A stretch of 64,000 nucleotides of DNA from an uncultured Gammaproteobacteria bacterium (lineage in GTDB: Bacteria > Patescibacteriota > Microgenomatia > Daviesbacterales > UBA10151), in NCBI GenBank assembly GCA_964392925.1, contig CAYMRP010000005.1:26093-90092 (forward strand). The letters are read 5' to 3'. Under the pieces are notes generated by a model, which saw nothing but the letters and a program-made list of their open reading frames with translations, was not told the DNA's origin and made no database searches. Made by a program: the position numbers and the translations under genes. Positions 28,753-37,796 of this stretch are shown here, piece by piece (position 1 is the stretch's first letter; every line of letters begins with the position of its first letter).

Positions 28753-29688
28753 ATGGCAGCTAAAAGAGACTTATATGAAATTCTAGGCATCTCAAAATCC
28801 GCCTCCGAATTGGAGATTAAATCCGCCTACCGGAAATTAGCTAGAAAACATCATCCCGATATTGATAAATCCGCTGGAGCTGCTGAGAAATTCAAGGAAC
28901 TCTCAGAAGCCTACCAAGTCCTCTCAGATCCCAAAAAGAGGCAATCTTACGATCAGTTTGGTCACGCTGCCTTCGACAGGGGAGCTGGTGGTATGGGTGG
29001 TGGCAACCCCTTCGGAGAAGGATTTAATCCTTTTGGTGGGGGACAGGGCAATCCTTTCGGGGGCTTTTCTTATTCTTGGTCTTCAGGTCAAGGCCAGGGA
29101 GGTCCAGATGTTAATTTCGAGGACCCATTTGATTTGTTTAATCAAATTTTTGGCATGGCTGGAGGAGGTCAGTATGGTGCTCGCCGCCGTCCAACTTACT
29201 CACTGTCAGTCACTTTTGATGAAGCAATTAAAGGTGTTGAAAAGGAAATTGAAGTCGAGATTCACGATGATAAGGGCAAAGCTACCCGAAAGCGTCTTCG
29301 CATTAAAGTCCCAGCCGGTGTTGATAATGGTACCCGCATGCGCTTTGACGACCTTGATATAGTCTTTAAAGTTGGCAAATCCGATAAATTCCTAAGAGAG
29401 GGTTCAGATATCTTTACTGACATAGCTCTAGCAATTCCTCAAATTGTTCTCGGCGGCACTATGGATGTTCAAACTGTCTCCGGCACAGTCAAAGTAAAAG
29501 TCCCTCCCTCAACTCAGCCAGGATCATTAATCCGAATTAAAGGTAAAGGTGTTAATAATATGCGCGGCGGGTTTGGCGATCATTATGTTAGAGTCAGGCT
29601 CGATATGCCAAAAACCCTCTCTTCAGAAGAGAAAAAACTCTACGAACAGCTCAATTCTTTAAGAACCAAGAAAAAAGGCTGGTTTTAA
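28753..29688 (+). CDS. dnaJ: DnaJ-family co-chaperone lacking the CxxCxGxG zinc-finger domain (CbpA/type II-like)
   Basis: J-domain with HPD ([11 protein letters not shown]); Gly/Phe-rich region; C-terminal substrate-binding domains; no Cys-rich zinc finger. Confidence 0.85.
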   Translation: MAAKRDLYEILGISKSASELEIKSAYRKLARKHHPDIDKSAGAAEKFKELSEAYQVLSDPKKRQSYDQFGHAAFDRGAGGMGGGNPFGEGFNPFGGGQGNPFGGFSYSWSSGQGQGGPDVNFEDPFDLFNQIFGMAGGGQYGARRRPTYSLSVTFDEAIKGVEKEIEVEIHDDKGKATRKRLRIKVPAGVDNGTRMRFDDLDIVFKVGKSDKFLREGSDIFTDIALAIPQIVLGGTMDVQTVSGTVKVKVPPSTQPGSLIRIKGKGVNNMRGGFGDHYVRVRLDMPKTLSSEEKKLYEQLNSLRTKKKGWF

Positions 29689-29738
29689 TATTACACAACT
29701 CACATAGATATCTAATAATTGAATGATATATTTAATTT

Positions 29739-29897
29739 ATGAATGAAGACTCTAAAAAAGCTAACGAGACCTCCTATATTTGTGAAGGTAGCTGCAATGC
29801 CCAAATTACTCAAAAACAATACGATGAAGGTTTAACAAAATGCGGAGCCAAATCCTGCAATATGCACGGCAAACCCTTCACTAGACTAAAAAAATAA
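29739..29897 (+). CDS. Unannotated small ORF (52 aa) with a CxxxC...CxxxxC motif; possible zinc-ribbon protein
   Basis: MNEDSKKANETSYICEGSCNAQITQKQYDEGLTKCGAKSCNMHGKPFTRLKK. Below the 60-aa cutoff of the ORF track. Intergenic between dnaJ and a convergent membrane protein gene. Confidence 0.3.
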   Translation: MNEDSKKANETSYICEGSCNAQITQKQYDEGLTKCGAKSCNMHGKPFTRLKK

Positions 29898-29934
29898 CTT
29901 CCTGGATCAATTTAACGATAAAACAACTCGAAGG

Positions 29935-30573
29935 CTATTTAAGCTTAAAGTAGTAGGCAACTCCAACATATCCAAAATAAACTGAAATCACGCTCGAAAC
30001 AATTGACATTAATAATCCTCCGATAAATGAGTTCTCAGCACTTATTCCTGACACGATTGAAGACACCACCCCGGTTAAAATAATTGTAATCACAAACAAA
30101 GCAAAAGTTTTCCACCAATTACCTGTAATCATTTCCTTACTTTTCTTTAAAGCAGCCATACCTGTTAATCCCTGATCCAGTACTACGTAAGAAAACACAT
30201 ACCAATAAACCATAAAAATAATACCTGGAATAACTAGAAGTAAAAATAACAGCATGATTAAAAATGCATAAATAATATAAGTTATAAACAATTTCCAAAG
30301 AGTAGGCTTCAAGGCAGTATCCTTCAGGCTTAAAATCTGATTAATATCAAATTTTGTGTAAGCCTGCTTATGACTTTTAAAAATCGCAATTTGCATAAAC
30401 AGCACAACCGGAATCATTAAGAGATTTAATAGGGATAAGTCAAGAACATCAGTCAGAACGAAAATTAATGCTTGTAACCCAACAAAGAAAACCAAAACAG
30501 AGTTAGCATTTTTCTTTGTTGACTCATAACCCTCTCGAAGTAAATCTGTAATCTGTATCTTATTAGTTGCCAT
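29935..30573 (-). CDS. Hypothetical polytopic membrane protein (5-6 TM)
   Basis: Multiple hydrophobic helices; no catalytic motif. Confidence 0.45.
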   Translation of the reverse strand: MATNKIQITDLLREGYESTKKNANSVLVFFVGLQALIFVLTDVLDLSLLNLLMIPVVLFMQIAIFKSHKQAYTKFDINQILSLKDTALKPTLWKLFITYIIYAFLIMLLFLLLVIPGIIFMVYWYVFSYVVLDQGLTGMAALKKSKEMITGNWWKTFALFVITIILTGVVSSIVSGISAENSFIGGLLMSIVSSVISVYFGYVGVAYYFKLK

Positions 30574-30628
30574 ACTTAGATACTAACTCTTTTTATTATT
30601 CATTCGCAAGAGGCTAAAGGCTGAGTTG

Positions 30629-31510
30629 TTATCGGTTTGGTTTATCAAAATTCTGAAAATTTATAGTCGCCACACAAAGAGCTATTAGTGTGAATAAGAA
30701 TGGGAATCCAAAAAAGCCTGTAAATAGGCCTGTATTAAATAAAATAAGGTCTACAATGAAAGCTAGGGTGGAAGCATAAATAGCCGTAATAAAGGCCGTT
30801 TTGTAGCTCAAGCGCCATTTAAATATCGCTGATAGAAAATACACTAAAACTGCTAAAAATAACATGTAAACCAGGTTAAATATAAACCCGATCAGCATGC
30901 CTATAAAAACTATCACCAAAAGCAAAGGTCCTACAATATTTAACCAGGGGTTAATTTTATTAGCTAAATCATCTATAAATTGTCTATTAACCGTAAAATT
31001 CTCTACATCTGTCAAAGGAATAGATCTTTGATCAAAATCTCGATTCTCGAAGAATAAAGAGTCTTTAGTTAGCCAGGCTAGGGTTTTGTATTGCTCAAAC
31101 TGAGTAACTGAAAAAGGAGTTTTTGTATCAATCACCAACAAATTATTTATCCCTGCATACTCATCATCAGTTTCCGGAAAAGGCACAAAAAATGGTTCTT
31201 CAGCATTAGTTGAGGCTTGTCCGTCATTGACGCTTACCTCAAGATTCTGGGGGTAAGAATTTACAGATTGGGAAACAAAATTCTTTATCTCTGCCGGAAC
31301 TCTAATTAATAGTTCCTGGGACAATAAAATAGTATTAATTATGCTAAGTAAGAGTGTTAGCAAAAAAAAGTACTTGAAGACATCAGAAAGCTTACCATTC
31401 TTTATTCTCTGATAGAATTCTGGATCAAAAATAGCGGATCTAATGTTTTTTATAAAGCCCATTCTTGTAATCTTAGGGCTATGCAGTATAGCTGTCAAAT
31501 AACCGGGCAT
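30629..31510 (-). CDS. Hypothetical polytopic membrane protein
   Basis: Several TM helices; 293 aa. Confidence 0.45.
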   Translation of the reverse strand: MPGYLTAILHSPKITRMGFIKNIRSAIFDPEFYQRIKNGKLSDVFKYFFLLTLLLSIINTILLSQELLIRVPAEIKNFVSQSVNSYPQNLEVSVNDGQASTNAEEPFFVPFPETDDEYAGINNLLVIDTKTPFSVTQFEQYKTLAWLTKDSLFFENRDFDQRSIPLTDVENFTVNRQFIDDLANKINPWLNIVGPLLLVIVFIGMLIGFIFNLVYMLFLAVLVYFLSAIFKWRLSYKTAFITAIYASTLAFIVDLILFNTGLFTGFFGFPFLFTLIALCVATINFQNFDKPNR

Positions 31511-31533
31511 AGATAAAATAGGGAAGCGCGAGC

Positions 31534-31562
31534 TTGACTTATCTTGTCTGGAGGATTAAAAT
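31534..31562 (+). promoter_or_regulatory. Candidate sigma-A promoter for the nusA-infB operon (TTGACT-N17-TAAAAT)
   Basis: Good -35/-10 spacing, about 80 nt upstream of the nusA ATG. Confidence 0.35.
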
Positions 31563-31587
31563 TTACCTAAACTTAACCGTAAAGTTA

Positions 31588-31613
31588 GGGTGGGATTGTT
31601 CCCACCCATTTTT
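31588..31613 (+). terminator. Leader hairpin with U-tract (GGGTGGGA-TTGT-TCCCACCC + ATTTTT) between the candidate promoter and nusA; possible attenuator
   Basis: Perfect 8-bp GC-rich stem, 4-nt loop, T-run. Stands out in an AT-rich intergenic region. Confidence 0.45.
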
Positions 31614-31641
31614 AAATCTAGCCGGTTAAAGAAAGATTAAA

Positions 31642-33042
31642 ATGCCAATACAAGCACGAACTGAATTTGCAGCCGCCATCAATCAAATCGCCTCTGAAAA
31701 AGGGGTAGAGACTGATGTGATCATTGATGCTATTAAACAGGCTGCTTTAGCAGCTTACCGAAAAGACCTTTCTTTCAGAAACGAATCTATTCCTGATGAT
31801 TTTGAAGAACTTACCGCCAAGCTAGATCCTTCTTCAGGTGAAATTTCTATTTGGAGAGGTGAAACTAATATCACTCCTCCAGGTTTTGCCAGAATAGCCG
31901 CCCAGACTGCGAAGCAGGTTATAACTCAGAAACTTCATGAAGCTGAAAAAGGCGCAATCATTAATGAATATGAGCAAAAAGTCGGTACTGTTGTCTCCGG
32001 AGCCATCCAAAGACAAGAAGGTAATACTTATTTCGTTGATATCGGCCGCGCCGAAGGTCTTCTTCCTCCACCTGAGCAATCCAGAGATGAGTTCTACACT
32101 CAAAACCAGAGATTAAAGTTCTTTATTAAAGAAATTAGGGAAACCTCTCGTGGACCTGAAGTTATTGTTTCCAGAACTGATCCAGGCTTGGTTAAGGGAC
32201 TATTTGCTATGGAAGTTCCAGAAATTCAGTCCGGGGTAGTTGAAATTAAAGAAGTCGCTCGCGAAGCTGGAGGCAGATGTAAAGTTGCTGTTGTCTCAAA
32301 TCAGGATGGTGTTGATCCTGTGGGAAGCATGGTTGGTCAAAAAGGCGTTAGAGTTCAGGCTGTTATTAATGAATTAGGCGAAGAAAAAATCGATATTATT
32401 TCTTATTCTGACGAGCCAAAAAGATTCATCGCTGCTTCTTTATCACCAGCCAAAGACGTTGAAGTTTCTCTAGACGAGGAAAATAAAGTCGCCACAGTTA
32501 AAGTCTCCGATTCACAACTCTCGTTAGCTATAGGTAAGGGTGGTCAAAACGTTAGACTGGCAGCTAAATTAACTGGTTGGAAGATCGATATAGTCGGCCT
32601 AGGCGATTCAGTTGAAGCTATGGAAAAAGCTAAAGCGGAGGAAGATGCGAAATTAGAAGTCAAAGAAGAAGCAGCTCCTGTAGAGGAAGTCAAAGCTGAC
32701 GAAGCACCAGAAGCAGAAGCTAAAACTGAAGAAGCAAGCGAGGCTGTTGAAGCAATAGGCACGGATGAAAAAAATGAAACTATCTCAGAGGCTCCAGCAG
32801 ACGACGCTCAGCCTGAAGCTGCTGCAGAAGTTGAATCTGTAGAAGCAGCCGCTCCTGAAGAAGCTGTCGCACAGCCAGAGTCTTCTGATGCTGAAGGTGT
32901 CGCTGATGAATCTGATTTTGATAAAATGGAACAGGAAAAAATAGTTAAAGAAGAAGCCTCAGAAGTTGATGCAGCAGGTGGAGAAGAAAAAACCGACGCA
33001 TCTGAAGAAGCAGTTCAGACTGAAGATGAGGCTAAGGGCTAA
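31642..33042 (+). CDS. nusA: Transcription termination/antitermination factor NusA with a ~135-aa acidic E/A-rich C-terminal tail
   Basis: NusA N-terminal domain, S1 and KH domains (..GRAEGLLPP.., GSMVGQKGVRVQAV). C-terminal region is KAEEDAKLEVKEEAAPVEEVKADEAPEAEAKTEE... Confidence 0.92.
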   Translation: MPIQARTEFAAAINQIASEKGVETDVIIDAIKQAALAAYRKDLSFRNESIPDDFEELTAKLDPSSGEISIWRGETNITPPGFARIAAQTAKQVITQKLHEAEKGAIINEYEQKVGTVVSGAIQRQEGNTYFVDIGRAEGLLPPPEQSRDEFYTQNQRLKFFIKEIRETSRGPEVIVSRTDPGLVKGLFAMEVPEIQSGVVEIKEVAREAGGRCKVAVVSNQDGVDPVGSMVGQKGVRVQAVINELGEEKIDIISYSDEPKRFIAASLSPAKDVEVSLDEENKVATVKVSDSQLSLAIGKGGQNVRLAAKLTGWKIDIVGLGDSVEAMEKAKAEEDAKLEVKEEAAPVEEVKADEAPEAEAKTEEASEAVEAIGTDEKNETISEAPADDAQPEAAAEVESVEAAAPEEAVAQPESSDAEGVADESDFDKMEQEKIVKEEASEVDAAGGEEKTDASEEAVQTEDEAKG

Positions 33043-33157
33043 GAATCAGGAAGTATGTATTAAGGGAAATATGCAATATTTAAATTATTCTTTTAACCCA
33101 TAATACTTACCGCTTGCTAGCACAGCAAGGTAGCTTCATTCTCACCCTATTAAAAGT

Positions 33158-34609
33158 ATGGAACAAAAAAGACCGCCAATTGTAACTATCTTAGGCCATG
33201 TTGATCATGGAAAGACTTCCTTGCTCGATTTTATTAGAAAAGCCGCTGTTGCCGCCCGAGAACACGGCGGAATAACCCAGGCTATTGGAGCCTACCAAAT
33301 TATCCACGAAGGCTCGCCAATCACTTTTATAGATACTCCAGGCCATGCTGCTTTTGAAAAAATGCGCTCTCGCGGTGCCAAAGTTGCTGATATTGCAGTT
33401 TTAGTCGTCGCAATTGATGACGGACTAATGCCTCAAACGCTCGAAGCTATTAAGCACATTAAAGCCGCTAAAGTTTCTATGGTCGTTGCAGTCAACAAAA
33501 TCGACCTACCCGGAATAAATAAGGTCGCTCAAATGGAAAAAATAAAAAAGCAGCTTTCTGATCGGGACGTTTTAATTGAGGAGTATGGGGGAGATGTCCC
33601 GATAATTGAAGTTTCAGCAAAAACTGGTCTTGGTGTCGATAAATTACTAGAAATTCTCCAGCTTGTTGCCGAAGTTAATGAATTCAAAGGAGATCCAGAT
33701 GTCCCTGCAACAGGCGTAGTCGTTGAATCCAAATTAGATAAGTTTAAGGGACCCGTAGCTACAGTTATCGTTCAAAATGGTACTTTAAAAAAAGGTGAGC
33801 CTGTTGTCATCGCCGGCATTAAGGGCAAAGTCCGTGGTTTGATTGACTTTACCGGCAAACAACTAGACTCAGCTGGTCCCTCAACTCCTGTTGAGGTTTT
33901 AGGTCTAGAAGAAGTTCCTCAGGTGGGTGCTGAACTTGGCAAAGACAGCTCAACCAAAGAAGAAAAGCAAGTAATTATCACCAGTATTGTTGACCGTCTA
34001 AAACACGACGACACTACGACTCTCAAAGTAGTTATCCGGGCTGACGTTGCCGGTTCACTCGAAGCCATAGAAGATTCCCTAAATAAATTTAATGAAGAAG
34101 CCGAACACGTAAAAATAGTTTCTGCCAACACCGGTAACCTGACTGAAAACGACATCAAAATGGCAGCTTCAACAGGAGCTATCGTCATCGGGTTTAACGT
34201 CAAAGTCCTGCCTCAAATCACCAAATTAGCAGAAATAGAAAAAGTCCTACTCCGCAGCTACACCATTATTTACGAATTAATCGAGGAAGTTGAGGCTGTA
34301 GTAGAAGAGATGCTCAAAGTAGGAGCCCTCGAAGAAATCTTCGGTACCGCTCAAATCCTTGTTGAATACCCTTACGGAAAGAATGATAAAATCGCCGGCT
34401 GTAAAATTCTAGACGGCGTTTTCACTAAAGGTCCAAAAGTAAAAATAATCCGCGGCGAAGAAATAATCGGCGAAACAAAAATTAAATCCTTAAAAAAGGT
34501 TCGCGATGAAGTCAGTAAGGTCGAAAAAGCCGAAGAGTGCGGTATGATGTTTGAACCCAAAATCGACTTCATAGTCGGCGACCTCATCCAATCCTTCAGA
34601 ACAATCTAA
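33158..34609 (+). CDS. infB: Translation initiation factor IF-2, N-terminally minimal form (starts at the G domain)
   Basis: [36 protein letters not shown] motifs; C-terminal beta-barrel domains. Confidence 0.92.
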   Translation: MEQKRPPIVTILGHVDHGKTSLLDFIRKAAVAAREHGGITQAIGAYQIIHEGSPITFIDTPGHAAFEKMRSRGAKVADIAVLVVAIDDGLMPQTLEAIKHIKAAKVSMVVAVNKIDLPGINKVAQMEKIKKQLSDRDVLIEEYGGDVPIIEVSAKTGLGVDKLLEILQLVAEVNEFKGDPDVPATGVVVESKLDKFKGPVATVIVQNGTLKKGEPVVIAGIKGKVRGLIDFTGKQLDSAGPSTPVEVLGLEEVPQVGAELGKDSSTKEEKQVIITSIVDRLKHDDTTTLKVVIRADVAGSLEAIEDSLNKFNEEAEHVKIVSANTGNLTENDIKMAASTGAIVIGFNVKVLPQITKLAEIEKVLLRSYTIIYELIEEVEAVVEEMLKVGALEEIFGTAQILVEYPYGKNDKIAGCKILDGVFTKGPKVKIIRGEEIIGETKIKSLKKVRDEVSKVEKAEECGMMFEPKIDFIVGDLIQSFRTI

Positions 34610-34748
34610 GTTATCTCGCCGCTGGTAGGGATGTTATAAATACTATCGGCTTGCTTTTTAGGCATCGGTTTGATACAATTTGAGATCTTGGTATTGCATT
34701 TTTAGCCTCATTCATTTAGTCTAGGCCTAAACTGCTCCAGGTAAACAA

Positions 34749-36164
34749 ATGCTCAAATACGATCAACAATTATCCGAAGTCAAATCCCGTCTTTCTAGCG
34801 CAAAGCGTATCCTGATAGTTCTTTCTCAAAACCTAAATACCGATAATTTAGCTGCTGGCCTGGCTTTATCTCTGAGCCTAAAATCTGCCGGCAAAATGGT
34901 TGATATCGTCTCTACAGGCACACCTCTTGTTTCTCATTCAAATCTTTTCGGAATCGGCGAAGTCAAAAATCATGCCGCTAAATCAGGGGCCGGTAACTTC
35001 ATCATCTCCCTTGACGGCGTAGTTGATACCACCGGAACTATGCAGCAGGTCCCGGCTCTTGAAAAGCTTGATTGGTATCCTGAAGGCTCAAAATTAAATC
35101 TAGTCTTCCATGTTGTTCCAGGCCAAAGATTTGAGCCGACCAACATTAGCTCCCGACACGAAGAAACAGGTTACGATTTAACTTTTGTCATCGGCTGTCA
35201 AAACCTAAACGAACTAGGGGATCTCTTTATTTCTAACAGTCAATATTTTGCTCAGAGCCAGGTCATTAACATTGATAACAACCAGACAAACGGCTTATTT
35301 GGCTTCGCTAATATTATTGATGCCCAGGCCTCATCTCTTTCTGAAATCACTGCTCAGATCCTGCCTTCATTAACTTTGAATTTAGACCGCGATATGGCTT
35401 CCAATATTATTTCTGGAATTTACGCATCAACTAATAATTTGACCCAAAAAGTTAACGCCGATACTTTTATGGTTATCTCTCAGGCAGTACAAGTCGGAGG
35501 TGTCTTGCCAAATTTATCTCAGCCAGCTCAAGTCCAGCCGATTGCTCAGCCTGAGCCTCAGCAGCCGCAGCCCGTTGCTGTTACGCCCGCACCTGCCCCT
35601 CAACCAGCCGCAGAAAACTATCAGCAGCCGGTAATAACTCAACCTCAATATGAACCACAACCTCCTGTTCAGCCTGAACCTCAACCCCAACCGTCACTCG
35701 AAGGTTCACCATTTATCGTCGCTCCTCAGGATATTAATATTCCGCTACCTGCATACCAGCCACCAGCACAACCTGACTCTCAACCACAGCCTCAATTTCA
35801 ATTCAGCCAGCCTCAACAGCCTATCCAATCAGCTCCTGTAATTCCTCAAGCCAATTCTCAAGGCTTTGATTTAAGACAAATCTTCCAGAATCCTCAAATG
35901 GCAGCCAACGCAGTTCCGGCAAGCACTCAATCAGTTGAAACAGCCCCATTTCCTACAGTTGAACAGATATATCAGCCCACCGGCGGACATCATGAGCAGG
36001 AGCCTCAGCTATATAGTGCTGACCCAAAGCCTGCAGAACCTCAACCCTCAGCTGAAGAGCGTCCAATGGGAGAGATTGCCCAGTCACCAAACCCTGAAGT
36101 CGAATCAACCCCAACCCCTGATTGGTTAGTCCCTAAAATCTTCAAAGGCGGCAACCTAGGCTAA
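34749..36164 (+). CDS. DHH-family (NrnA-like) protein with degenerate catalytic motifs and a ~220-aa Pro/Gln-rich low-complexity C-terminal tail
   Basis: The N-terminus RILIVLSQNLNTDNLAAGLALSLSLKSAGKMVDIV aligns with the NrnA DHH motif-I region, but the Asp/His residues are largely replaced. Tail is QPAQVQPIAQPEPQQPQPVAVTPAPAPQPAAENYQQP.... Confidence 0.4.
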   Translation: MLKYDQQLSEVKSRLSSAKRILIVLSQNLNTDNLAAGLALSLSLKSAGKMVDIVSTGTPLVSHSNLFGIGEVKNHAAKSGAGNFIISLDGVVDTTGTMQQVPALEKLDWYPEGSKLNLVFHVVPGQRFEPTNISSRHEETGYDLTFVIGCQNLNELGDLFISNSQYFAQSQVINIDNNQTNGLFGFANIIDAQASSLSEITAQILPSLTLNLDRDMASNIISGIYASTNNLTQKVNADTFMVISQAVQVGGVLPNLSQPAQVQPIAQPEPQQPQPVAVTPAPAPQPAAENYQQPVITQPQYEPQPPVQPEPQPQPSLEGSPFIVAPQDINIPLPAYQPPAQPDSQPQPQFQFSQPQQPIQSAPVIPQANSQGFDLRQIFQNPQMAANAVPASTQSVETAPFPTVEQIYQPTGGHHEQEPQLYSADPKPAEPQPSAEERPMGEIAQSPNPEVESTPTPDWLVPKIFKGGNLG

Positions 36165-36186
36165 ACCTCCGCAACCCATCACGATT

Positions 36187-36489
36187 ATGGCTGAAATAAT
36201 TAGACTATCCTCCAAAATAACCGCACCCAAGGTATCTACCCCTCTTCCTGAAAGTTTCTCAAATAGATTAAGAAAATCACTCTCTCCTCAGCAATTGCTT
36301 CTAGCAGCGGCAAATTACTATATCCGTCATAAGATCACATCAGCCGCTAAATTAGAGGGCAATAAACGCCTAGTAGCTGGAATCGTTATTGCAACTTCGC
36401 TATCATTCCTTGAACAGGCTGCTTATAACATAGGTACAAATATTGCCAAAGCCACATCAGAAATCTATCAGGATCTTAATCGTCGCTAA
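36187..36489 (+). CDS. Hypothetical protein (100 aa)
   Basis: ORF only; no motif, no obvious RBS. Confidence 0.25.
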   Translation: MAEIIRLSSKITAPKVSTPLPESFSNRLRKSLSPQQLLLAAANYYIRHKITSAAKLEGNKRLVAGIVIATSLSFLEQAAYNIGTNIAKATSEIYQDLNRR

Positions 36490-36602
36490 ACACATCCTTG
36501 CAGAATCAAGCCTATTCTGCTAAAATTCAAAAACTTAATAAGTATTACTTCTTGGCACCGAGGTTATACCCTTATTATTAAGTAATAGGAGATGCCAACA
36601 AA

Positions 36603-36872
36603 ATGCCTTTAGATCCAAAAAGAAAACAACAAATTATTGAAGAATTCGCTACCCACAAAGGGGACACGGGTTCACCTGAAGTTCAAGCCGCGCTTCTTTC
36701 TGAGCAAATCAAAAACCTCACTGATCATTTAAAAGAACACCCTCACGATATTCACTCAAGACGTGGTTTACTTTCTATGGTTAATAGAAGAAGACGACTT
36801 CTCCAATACTTACTTAAAAAAGAGGCTGATCGTTACAAGTCTGTTATTGATAAATTAGGCCTCGCTAAATAA
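36603..36872 (+). CDS. rpsO: 30S ribosomal protein S15
   Basis: [70 protein letters not shown]. Confidence 0.9.
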   Translation: MPLDPKRKQQIIEEFATHKGDTGSPEVQAALLSEQIKNLTDHLKEHPHDIHSRRGLLSMVNRRRRLLQYLLKKEADRYKSVIDKLGLAK

Positions 36873-36954
36873 GACTCCCGTCTTTTCACTCAATTTTTAA
36901 ATTTGATTCCGATCTATCTTGACAGGTTAATTACAATTAATAAAAGGTTAAAAC

Positions 36955-37569
36955 ATGGTCTTCAAAAAAATAAGCTTTGACGGAGGAAAAAATTTTTACA
37001 TCGCCCCAACCTGGGATCAACTCGGCCATCTATGTTTCAAGCTGGGAAAACAAATCACTCATCAATCAAAACACTACGACCAGATAGTTGTTATCGCCAA
37101 AGGGGGATTAACTTGGTCCAGAACTTTGGCTGACTATCTTCAAATACCTGACATTGAAACAATCAGAGTAAAATTTTATCAGGGAATAGGCAAAACATTC
37201 AAAAAGCCTCAGGTTATTCAGGACATAAAGTCAGATATCAAAGGCAAGAGTATATTACTTTTTGATGATGTTGTTGATTCAGGTCAAACTCTAGAATTCG
37301 TCGTAAAACTACTCAAAAAACAAGGCGCTAAAACAGTTGATACTTCCGCCCTCTTTTTTAAGCCTTCCTCAAAAGTCACTCCTGATTTTTTTGACCATCA
37401 AACAGATGCCTGGATAGTTTTTCCTCACGAATTAAGAGAATTTATAGAAGAAGCAGCCGGTGATTGGTTAGCCAAAGGTCTTACTAAAAAACAAATTTCG
37501 GCCCGCTTCTCAAGGCTTGGTCTGCCCGAAGATCAAATTAAATATTTTCTCGACAAACTTGAAGCTTAG
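36955..37569 (+). CDS. Phosphoribosyltransferase-family protein (purine/xanthine PRTase-like)
   Basis: PRPP-binding motif ILLFDDVVDSGQTL. Confidence 0.6.
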   Translation: MVFKKISFDGGKNFYIAPTWDQLGHLCFKLGKQITHQSKHYDQIVVIAKGGLTWSRTLADYLQIPDIETIRVKFYQGIGKTFKKPQVIQDIKSDIKGKSILLFDDVVDSGQTLEFVVKLLKKQGAKTVDTSALFFKPSSKVTPDFFDHQTDAWIVFPHELREFIEEAAGDWLAKGLTKKQISARFSRLGLPEDQIKYFLDKLEA

Positions 37570-37703
37570 AGTGAGACAAGCAGTTTGCATTCAGAATTGA
37601 TATAGTATATAATAGTTTCTGTTGGTTGATTGGGAATTGCAAATTGTAGACGATTACTAGATTGTCTTCGATTATACAGTTTCCTAATCCCCACTTTTAG
37701 AGA

Positions 37704-37729
37704 CAAGAATCTAGAATCAAGAATCTAGA
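37704..37729 (+). repeat. Two copies of the 12-bp direct repeat CAAGAATCTAGA in the 227-nt pnp leader, with additional TCTAGA/CTAGAC palindromes downstream
   Basis: Copies at 37704-37715 and 37718-37729. TACTAGACTCTAGACC follows at about 37756-37771. Confidence 0.35.
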
Positions 37730-37796
37730 CAACGCAAAAGTCACGCTAGTGTTTTATACTAGACTCTAGACCCAAGCGACTTGACTCTCCAAATCA

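Noticed and set aside
28862-29362. 166-aa ORF in an alternative frame of dnaJ
   Set aside because: Fully nested in dnaJ on the same strand, with no motif. Typical shadow ORF of the G/F-rich region.
32544-32762. 72-aa Ser/Ala-rich antisense ORF within the nusA acidic tail
   Set aside because: Antisense of a GAA/GCT-rich coding repeat; an artefact of low-complexity sequence.
33113-33129. Small hairpin CTTGCT-agcac-AGCAAG between nusA and infB
   Set aside because: Only 6 bp and no U-tract. Probably not a terminator; possibly incidental or a minor processing structure.
35650-36129. Two small plus-strand ORFs (35650..35841, 35935..36129) inside the DHH-like gene
   Set aside because: Alternative-frame readings of the CAG/CCT-rich Pro/Gln tail, nested in a longer ORF.
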